DNA of 64,000 bases from Diplonema japonicum (Eukaryota; Protista; Euglenozoa: Diplonemea): contig OZ025746.1 of assembly GCA_964019335.1 (NCBI GenBank), positions 1 through 64,000 on the forward strand. The letters are read 5' to 3'. The notes beneath the pieces were generated by a model. It ran no database searches. It was given only the letters and a program-made list of their open reading frames with translations, and was not told the origin of the DNA. Made by a program: the position numbers and the translations under genes. Of the stretch, positions 54,401 through 64,000 are shown in pieces; the first letter of the stretch is position 1; each line of letters opens with the position of its first letter.

Positions 54401-57400
54401 GTGTAGTACGCGTAGTAGTGGCCAGTGAGACCTGAGAACAGGGCGTGGCCAAGACTCCACGTGAGGACCTTAGTGGTACCGGCAACAGATGATGTCTGGA
54501 ACTCAATGCTAGCAATTACGGCAGCGTACTCCTCAGCAGTCGCAGCACCCTTAAGCGCAAGCTGTCCCTTCGACCAAGTAGCAGTGATCTTAGGGCCGCA
54601 TGCCCTGCAGTACAAGATGTCCTGGCCGTCAACGTAGCCCTGGCCGATGTCGACGACCGCACCGATCTTGCCGTTGTCACCAAGGGTCATGCTGCAGCTG
54701 CACGGAGCCTTCCAGCTGGTGATGCTTCCGGCGCACGTGAATGTTCCGAACGGCTTCAAGAGGGACATCGCTTCGTACGTAATGGCGCCATTGCCACCAC
54801 GGTTTCCGGCATACGTCTCCCATTCGCACGAGTCGTCAGCAGCACAATCAGCAGGCGTCCCGAGCTCACACGGGGTCTTAGTGCAACCGGGCGTGGGGAG
54901 GTCCTTCCATTCACAACCCTGCTCGTCCATGAGGCAGGCATCCTCAGAGTCGTGCTTGCAAGGATCGGTGGTGCAAGATGCTGGCTTGGCAACAGCGTAC
55001 TTCGCTGAAGGGGCCGCGCACAAGCACTTCCAGTCACCAGTAGAGTTAGCCGACCTGTCAGGATCAAAGCACTCCTGTGTGCACTTCGGGACAGTGTTAG
55101 TGCCCTGCGGGCAGCAGGTGTTTTCCTTGCACTCATCACGGTCGCACCTGGCTGCCTGACCAGTCGCCAAACCAATAGCGGGCTTCTTGCAGACGCAGTC
55201 CCAGTCGTTCGTTGAGGTAGCAAGAGTGTTCCTGTCGACACAAATCTGGTCAACGTCAGAGCACGTGTTGCCGGCGCATGTCTTGCAGGTTGCAATACAC
55301 TCATCCAAGTTGCAAATAGCAGGGGCGGCCTGCTGCGAACCAGTCGCAGGTGGGGTGCACACGCACTCCCAGTCACCGTAGGTGGCGAGGTCGGGGTCGT
55401 TGCACGTCTGGCCCTGAGCCTTGCATGTGCTCTCGTGGTCCTTACATTCGTTGTATTCGCACACGGTGGCTTGCTGCTGACCCACGCTAACGGAAGGAGG
55501 AGGGCACTCGCAGACCCAGTCATTACCGCCGGGGCACGACTTGTCGTTGTCAACGCAGTTCTGGTTAGCCACGGAGCAGGTGCTCCTGTTGAAGCACTCA
55601 TCGCAAACGCAGTCAGCTGCCTTCGCCGTAGCAAAACCAACACCAGGATCGTCACAAGTGCAAGTCCAGTCCATAGTCGAATCAGCATACGGGTTCGGGT
55701 CCTCGCATGTCTGCCCAGTGGGGCAAGTCCCGTTGGCGCAAGTAGGGCAACCCATCACCAAGCACTCATCAAGCAGACACAAAGCAGGTCTGTTCTTTGC
55801 TGTCCCTGTTGCGGGGGGCTTGCACTTGCACTCCCAGTCACCGGTCACAGTCAGGTCAGGGTCATCGCAGATCTGGCCCTTAGCGGTACAAGTGCTGCCG
55901 TGGTCGTCACACTCGTTGAACTCACAACCAACAACAGGGCCGGCGGTCTGGATACCAACCGACGGGGGGGGGCACTCACAGATCCAGTCGTTCATACCTG
56001 GACAGCTCTGGTCTACGTCAATGCAAGTCTGGTTGGCACCAGTGCAGGTGTCGTTGTTAACAGCATTGTCGCACTCGTTGCAAACGCAAGTGGCAGCGTG
56101 AGCGGTAGCGGCACCGACACCAGGGGCGTCACAGGTGCAGGTCCAGTCAAGAACAGAGGACGCGCTAGTGTTGGGGTCGAGGCAAGTCTGGCCAGTGAGG
56201 CAAGTATCATTAGCGCAAGTCGCACAGTTCATCACCACACATTCGTCAAGAAGACACTCGGCGGGGGCTGTCGCCTGGTTGCCAGATGCAGGGGGAACGC
56301 ACTCGCACTCCCAGTTGTCCGGAGTCGTGTGGTCGGGGTCAACGCAGATTTGGCCCTTGGCCTTGCAGGTACCTTCGTGATCATTGCACTCGTCCCACTT
56401 GCAAATGGCAGCCGCAGTGACATTTGTCGTGGTTGAAGGAGGTTCGCACTCGCAGATCCAGTCATCCGTCTCAGGGCAAGATTTGTCAGGGTCAATGCAA
56501 GTCTGTCCTGCGGTAGTACAGGTGGCGTTGTTAGCCGCGTCTGCGCACTCGTTGCAAACGCAGACGGCCGCTGCGGCAGTGGCAGAACCAACACCCGGAG
56601 CATCGCAAGTGCATGTCCAGTCAGACTTCGAGTTGGGGTCGATGTTGGGGTCACTGCAAGTCTGGCCCGTCGGGCAGGTGCCCTTAGAACACGTGGGACA
56701 AGTCAAAACACACTCGTCAAGCGAGCAGTTGGCAACGTGGCCCTTAACAGGCGGCGAGTCAGTCTGCACCTCCGGGGGAGTGCACTCACAGAACCAGTCA
56801 TTGAGCGACAGAGCACTGGTGTTGTCGTCGCGACACAGCTGGCCCTGAGAAGTACAGGTGTGACCACTGCCGTGACCGGTGTCAGCACATGTAGAGCAGA
56901 TCGTAGTGCACTCATCGAGCACGCAATCCGCAACATCATTAGTAACGTTAGCGCCCACAGCAGGGGGGATACACACACACTCCCAGTCACCGTTGTCCTG
57001 CATAGGTGTTGGGTCGTAGCATCCCTGCCCAGCGTCAGAGCATTTCTTCTCACGATCGGGGTAGGTCTTGCACTCACCCTCGTATTCACAGATAGCAGGC
57101 ATCGTAACATTCTTCTTCCCAGGGGAAGTAGAAGGAGGCACGCACTCACATGTCCAGTCATTCAAGCTGCCGAGGGACGTGTTGGGGTCATTGCAGACCT
57201 GACCTGCCTTGTGGCACTCGTCTTCGTGCTCGTGGCACTCATCGACAATGCAGGTGGCCACACCAGCGACAGCAAAGTCATACGCAGGAGGTTTGCACGT
57301 GCAAATCCAATCGCTGGTGTTCGTCGCAGAAATGTCAGGGTCGTGGCAAGTCTGGTCATTGTTCTCGCACTCGTTGTTGTTGCAGTGTGCGCAGCTGACA

Positions 57401-60400
57401 ACGCACTCGTCGATTGTGCACGTAGCAGCAGCAGCAGTAGCCACACCAGTCTGGGGTGTAGGGCAAGTGCAGGTCCAGTCGTTGAGGCTGGTTGACGACG
57501 TGTCAGGGTCGTTGCACAGTTGGTTCACGGCCGAGCAGGTGTCGTTGGCGCAGGTGGGGCAGTTCATCACAGTGCACTCGTCAAGCTCACAGTTTGCGGC
57601 TTTCTGGTCAGCTTGCCCAGAAGCAGGCGGCTTGCACTTGCACTTCCAGTCGTTCTGCACCAACTGGTCAACATCGTCACACTCCTGGTCCTGAAGGGTA
57701 CATGTGGACCCATGCTTGTCACATTCATTCACCCTGCAGTCAGCAAGGGCACCAACCATCGTTGCGTTCGAGGGAGGTGGGCACACACATTCCCAGTCGT
57801 TGATGCTGCTGGCTAGCTTGTTGGTGTCAAGGCAAGTCTGGTTACCAGCACTGCAGGTGTCATTGGCACACGAGGAGCAGTCCTGAACAACGCACTCGTC
57901 AAGCATGCAAGTGGCACTGCTTGCGGTCGCAACACCACTCGAGGGGGGAGGGCAAGTGCAAGTCCAGTCGTTCAGAGAGGTGGATGAGTTGTTAGGCTCA
58001 TCACAAACCTGGTTCACAGCCGTGCATGTGTCGTTGGCACACGTGGGGCACGAGTCAATGCACTCGTTGACGAAACAATCAGCAGTGTGTGCAGTGGCAG
58101 ACCCTGTGAACGGAGCAACGCACACGCACTCCCAGTCGCCCTGGACAAGACCGTTGGGGTCAGTGCAGTTCTGACCAATGTCAGTGCAGGTTTTACCGTG
58201 GGGCACACACTCGTCGAAGTTGCAGTCAGCAAGGGCACCAATCTTCGTGTTGTTGGAAGGAGGTGGGCACACACATTCCCAGTCGTTGATGCTGCTGGCT
58301 AGCTTGTTGGTGTCAAAGCAAGTCTGGCTACCAGCACTGCAGGTGTCATTGGCACACGAGGAGCAGTTCTGAACATTGCACTCGTCAAGCATGCAAGTGG
58401 CAGCGTTTGCGGTCGCAACACCACTCGAGGGGGGAGGGCAAGTGCAAGTCCAGTCGTTCAACGACGTGGACGAGGGGTTCGGGTCATCACAAACCTGGTT
58501 CACAGCCGTGCATGTGTCGTTGGCACAAGTGGCACAGTTCTGAACCTCGCACTCATTGAGCTTGCATCCAGCGGGCTGTGCAGTAGCGTTGCCTGTCGAG
58601 GGGAGCTTGCAAATGCACATCCAGTCTCCCGTTTTAAGCTCATCAGGGTCATTGCAGGTCTGGCCTCTGTTAGTGCATGTAGCACCGTGGTCGTCACATT
58701 CGTTGACGCGGCAATCAGCAAGGGCGCCCTGCAGGACAGCTGTGGACGGGGGAGGGCAGATGCACTCCCAATCACCGGTGCTCGTTGCGTCGGTGTCGGG
58801 GTCATGACAAGACTGTTTACCAGCAGTGCAGGTATCGTTAGCGCAAGTAGCGCAGTTCTTTACTGTGCACTCATCAAGCTTGCACTGTGCAACGTTGGTC
58901 TTTGCCACACCACTCGAGGGGGGCGGGCACGTGCAGGTCCAGTCGAGGGTCGACGAGGAGGATGTGTCAGGGTCGTTGCAAGTCTGTCCTGCGGCAGTAC
59001 ACGTGGTGTTCGCGCACGTCGCACAGTTCATCACAACACACTCATCCAGCTCACAAGAAGCCACCTGCTTTGTTGCTACACCAGATGCTGGAGGCGGGCA
59101 AGTGCAGGTCCAGTCATCAAGCGAGCAAGGGTCCTTGTTTGGGTCATTGCAAGTCTGGCCCACAGTCGCGCACACCTTACCTGCGTCGTTGCACTCATCG
59201 ATCTCGCAGACCAAGTTGGTTGCGTCCCAAGAGCAGACGGCATCAGCCTTGCACTTGTCCTCGTTGTACTGTTTGTCGGTCGTGTTGTACTTGCATGTGC
59301 ACACGGGAACGGGCTCCTTGAAACACTCCTTAGCCGTGGAGTTCCATGCGCAGTTGTAAGTGTGAGGGACCTGTGTGCAGTTCGTCTCATCGCAGTGAAT
59401 CAGACACGGGTGGTTGATGCATGCAACACCAGAGTCAGACCATGTACAACCAGGGTCAATCTCGCAGTTAGACTTGACCTTGTAGTCGGGACACGGAAGG
59501 TGGTGCCCAGAGGTGGGCGTAGGAACATTGTGGACGATGAGGTGTCCCCAGGGGCCGTTAGGGTTGCAGATGTCGGAGATCACGCTGTGGACCTCATCCA
59601 TCTGGAGGTTCTCAAAGTGCTCGTCGTGGGGGTTGGACGTGATAGGCGACAGGGTGGCCTCAGCATCAACGTCGGTCTTGGAGTGCTGAGCGGACCTCCT
59701 AATTACAATACCGAACACCTGTACGTCTTCACTGTCAAGCACAGCCCTGGCAGGGCCAAGGGAGTTGGGGTCGTAGATTTGACCGTCGGTGAAGATGATC
59801 AACACACGTTGTCTGCCGTCAACGGGTGACAGATGGAAGGTGTCACCAGCAAGTGTGAGGGCCTCCTCGATATAGGTGCCGCCCGAGTAGAAGTTGTTGT
59901 GGTGCCAATCAAGATCAGCGTTCAGCTCGCTCTTGACACCGGACAGCCTACCACCAGTACCAACGTTCGAGGGGGTCATCTTCGCAGCACTCCACCACCA
60001 GACAGACGAGAACTGAATGAATGCCAACCTGACACCATTGTTGTCCTTCTGACTGCCCAAACCCAAAGATCCGGGTTCATTGTTCAAGGGGAGGGAGTCA
60101 ACCCATGTCCTCAGGACCTCGAGCAGCGCGTAGTACCCGTGAGGATGGCGACCGAAAGACCAGGACATGGATCCGGACCCGTCGATGATAACAGCCACGT
60201 CAAGCGTGGGGCATTCACCGTACTCGGCTTCAGTGCACATACCACCAGAGGGAGTGGGCTTCCAGTAGCACTTTTCGTGCTGGTCACAGGGGCAACGTTC
60301 GTCGAACTTAGAGCAGTCTAACGGCAAGCACTTCAAGGTGCCAGTGGCGTTGGTAGTCCACATGCACTCATCCTGAGCATTGCACTTGGTCTCATCCTTG

Positions 60401-63400
60401 ATCTTCGGGCATTCTTCCTCGATACAGACCGAGGGCGTGACGGAAATGCCCCAAGTGCATTCGTCAACGTGGTCGCAGCAGCTCTCCTCCTCGTACTTAG
60501 CGCACGGCTGTTCAGTGCAAGCATTGTTCTTCCACAAGCATGCGGCATCAGCCTTGCACTCGGCCTTGGCAGTGTACAGACACTTCTTCTCTTCGCACTT
60601 CATGGTAACGTTAACAAGAGGACACACAGGTGCCATCCAGATGCATTTGTCATCATTGTCGCAGTCCAGCTGTGCGTCGTAGAAGCACGGGATCGGGATG
60701 CAGGTGTCCTTCCCGTTGACATTCTTCCACTCGCACTTGCGCTCAGGGTCCAACAGACAGTTGGTCTCGGAGTCGTAGTTGCACGGCTTCTCTGAGCAAG
60801 GAGGAGACTTGGTGGCGTCCCAGACGCACTCCTTCGGGTCGGCAAGACAGTCGGCCTCGACGGTGTGGGCACAAGTGGTGTCCTTCCAACAGTCGCCGGT
60901 TGTACTGTCCCACTTGCAGAGGTTCTGGGTGTCGGCGGTGCAGTTCACTTCCTTGCAGTGGTGAGAACAGACCGAGTCCACACAGAGGAGCGTGGTAGAG
61001 TCGAAGATGCATCCAGGGTCCGCAGAACATTCCTGAGCTTTAGCCTTGTACAACACACACGGCTGGTGGACACCAGCCTGAGTCTGCGTGACAATAAGGT
61101 GGCCCCAAGGACCGTTGGGATCACACAGCTGGTCAAGAACATCAACCTTCACTTCATCCATACGCACGTTCATGTAGTGCTCGTCGTGCACATCAGAGGT
61201 GATGGGCTTCAGGGTGGCCTCAGCATCGATATCCTGCTGCGTGTGGGCAGACTGCCTCCTGACAACGATACCGAAAGTCTGCACGTCTTCAGCGTCAAGC
61301 ACAGCCCTGGCACTCGCAAGAGCATTGGGGTCCTGGATCTGACCATCAGTGACAATGATGAGGATTCTCTTCCTTGCGCTGGCCTGATGCGCAGAGTCGA
61401 ACATGTCACCTGCAAGCTCCAGACCCTTCTTAATCATGGTACCAGAGCCGTAGAATTTGTCCTCGTGCCAGTCAATGTCTTGGTCAATCTCGTTGTACAC
61501 ACCAGACAGCCTACCGTTGCTGCCAGTTCCGCTGGACCACTTGGCGTCAGACTGACCGTCGTTGCACCACCACAGGAAGCACCATGGGTTGGAACCAGAG
61601 AACTGCACGAAACCAATACGCAGACCGTCAACATTGTTAGCACCACGGTCGACACCTGCAGGCTCACCGGTCAGGGGGATGGTCTTCACCCAGTCCCTGA
61701 AGATCTCCATCAGAGCGTAGAAACCGTGCGGGTGACGGTCGAAGGACCAGGACATACTGCCAGAAGCATCAAGAACAAACACAACATCCATAACAGGGCA
61801 CTTACCGAACTTGGCGTCAGTGCAGTGCGGCGTGTTGTGCGTGTGGTCCCAGAAGCACTCGGGGTCGGCACGGCAGAGGCACTCCTCAAGCTCCTTGCAG
61901 ATCTTCTCTGTGCACTCCTTAGTCGTCGCGTCGAACATACACTTGCTGTCGGAGTTACAATTGTCCGCGTCAGTGGGGTCAGGGTATGTCTTTGGGCAGT
62001 ACTTTTCCATGCAGGCACCTGGTGCGGCACTTACGTCCCAGTGGCAGTGCGGCATGTGGTCGCAGCACTTCTCGTCGGGGTAGTTCACGCACGCCTTCTC
62101 TTCGCAAGCACCAGCAGAGCTCCACCTGCAAAGACGGTCGGCCTGACAACCAGCAAGAGTTGAGTGCAGAGCAGAAGCGCAAGGGGTCTTTCTGCACTTG
62201 TGGTCCACTGGATCGGGACAGTCGTCGTCCCATTCGCACCCAGGCTCGGAAGTGCAGTTGGTCGTGTCATTGTGCATGCAAGGAGTCTCAACACACGCAG
62301 AAGGCGCAGGCACGTCTTGCCATGTGCACGAAGGGCCCAGCTTCACACAGTCATCCTCAGACTTGGCCAAGCACGGCTTGGTAGTGCACGAGGGTGTCTT
62401 CAGGGGGTCCCAGCCGCAGTCGGAGTCGGCATCGCACTTTACCTGAGTGTCATGATTCTCACACATCATCTTCTCGCAAGTGTGAGTCGCGCTGTCCCAC
62501 ACACAATCGTTTGTGGCATCAGCAGTGCAGTTCGGCTCAGTGCAGTGAGCGAAGCACGGGTGGTCAGCGCACGCCAGGGTGATGGTGCTCCACTTGCAAG
62601 TCGGGCTCGCAGTGCAGAGAGCGCTAGTACCCAATTCGGTGCACTGCTTGACCTTAGATGTCCCAGTAGTCCCCTTGGTGACCTCAGCACCGAAGACACC
62701 CGAGGGATCGCAGAATTTGTCAAAGAGAGTGTTCAGCTTCTCAACTGACGCCGAAGCGGCCAGCTTGTTCGCGGGGGAGGTTACTACGTTGTCCTGCATC
62801 GACTGCCTGTTCACTTCCTGCGCAGCCGTGGGGGAGATGTAAGGGGTCGTCATAGTCACAGAGAAGATCTTGATGCCCTTGTTTACAAGAGTAGTCCTGG
62901 CAGCAGCCAGAGCAGCGGCATCAGCAGGGCTACCATCTGTGATGAAAATCAGCACCTTCTCCCTGTTGGACGGGGATTCAGTGAACACCTGATTGGCCCA
63001 GCTCAAGGCGTTAGCACCACCAAGAGAGCTGCAATTCGCCTTCAGGTTGGCCTGCTGCCAAGCGAGTTCCTTCTCAATCTCGGACTGCACACCAGACAGC
63101 TTACCGCAAGTAGTGGTCGCAGACGAGGGCAGGGTGAGCGGCACCGTTCCGCACGAGCACCCAGCACACTGGGCAACGTTTACATCCTTTGTGAACTGGG
63201 AGATAGCAAACCTCATGGAGCCGGTCTTGTCCGTGGATGAGGCACCCACAGATGCCGCCTCACCGGTCAGAGGAGCAGCCTTAACCCAGTCCCTGATGGT
63301 ATTCAGCCATGCATCGTAGCCGTCAGCGTTGCGTGACGAGCAAGTGCTTCCAAGAGCAAAAGCGATATCCAGGTCAGGGCAACTGCCCCACTTGCTGGCC

Positions 63401-63999
63401 TTGCACTTGACAGGAGTCACAGCAGTGTCGAACTCGCACCTCGAGTCCTCCTTGCAGGGGCATGCAGTGTCAGCATCGTCGTTGTAGTCATCGCACACCT
63501 TGTCGACGCACGAGTTACTGCCAGTGTCGAACTCGCACTTCTTGTTGGGGTCGGTGTTGCAGGCAGCCTTGTTGGTGCCGTAGTTCTTGGAGCAGAAGCG
63601 CTCAACGCACTTGCCGCAAGCTTTCTGCTCATACTCACAGTTCGGGTCGGACTCACAAAGGAAGGGACTAGCGTGGGTGCTGTAGCAAGTGCTCATTGAG
63701 CACGTTGACGAGGCAGAGTCCCAGTTGCACGCGGAGTCAAGAGTGCACTCACCTTCCACGGTAGTAGTGCACCTAGTTTGGTAGCAAGTGCTGCTCGCCG
63801 CGTTCCACATACAAATACCAGAGGGGCACTGCAACTGAGTACCAGCAGGCTTGCAGGGGTCATGGGTGCACTTACCCGTCATGCAGTTCCAAGAGCACTC
63901 GCGACTCACGTGGGCATCGCACTTGGGCTGGTCAATGATCGAACCGCAGTCAGGTTTCTTAGGGGTGCACTTGTCGGTGGTGTCGTCCCACAGGCAGTT
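33481..63999 (-). CDS. Giant VWA/EGF/C-type-lectin surface protein, >30.5-kb exon, open past the window edge (5' end not in window)
   Basis: Stop-free frame of ~10,170 codons; 16 VWA starts (consensus GxCPxMD) at ~63380, 61800, 60210, 53455, 51880, 49380, 47845, 46290, 44765, 43200, 41655, 40100, 38575, 37030, 35505 and 33960; C-x-W Cys-rich linkers. Confidence 0.97.
43960..48295. repeat. Near-identical internal duplication (~43960-45210 vs ~47050-48295, offset ~3.08 kb)
   Basis: Long runs of identical DNA, e.g. GCGTAGAAACCGACAGGATGCCTGTTGTAC at 44681 and 47762. Confidence 0.93.
54960..59200 (-). repeat. Array of 26 EGF-like coding repeats (EC...Q.C.DP...DW.C.C.PP..G)
   Basis: 26 DW-x-C-x-C cores counted in the translation. 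Confidence 0.9.
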
Positions 64000-64000
64000 G

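Noticed and set aside
33445-63671. Long plus-strand ORFs (up to 824 aa) antisense to the giant gene
   Set aside because: Expected shadow ORFs from codon bias; no domain motifs.

Overview
Eukaryotic DNA, most likely from a diplonemid (Euglenozoa). The evidence is a 39-nt kinetoplastid/diplonemid-type spliced-leader (SL) sequence in the genome, every credible gene lying on the minus strand in one co-oriented, intron-poor cluster, and homopolymer-rich spacers. From left to right the window holds: (i) about 155 copies of GGGTTTGC (1-1246), in the opposite polarity to a normal left telomere. (ii) A ~4.4-kb composite (1247-5606) with ~570-bp direct repeats, two near-complete SL copies plus a third cut off at the satellite, an AlkB-family dioxygenase with intact catalytic motifs and a second AlkB remnant. 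This looks like an SL-punctuated, RNA-derived mobile unit and is the best candidate for an undescribed system. (iii) A C2HC-Zn-finger/ART-type ADP-ribosyltransferase gene. (iv) A 1676-aa secreted beta-rich protein. (v) A minimal non-RD kinase. (vi) A probable Crypton-like relic. (vii) A tight block of six genes including a Kelch-like protein and a GT96/GT95-like glycosyltransferase. (viii) The 3' 33 kb of a giant (>11,000 aa) type-I membrane protein with 16 VWA domains, 26 EGF-like repeats, two bacterial-type Ig+C-type-lectin modules and four 33-44-nt introns clustered near its 3' end. All family assignments come from reading motifs by eye; no database searches were run.
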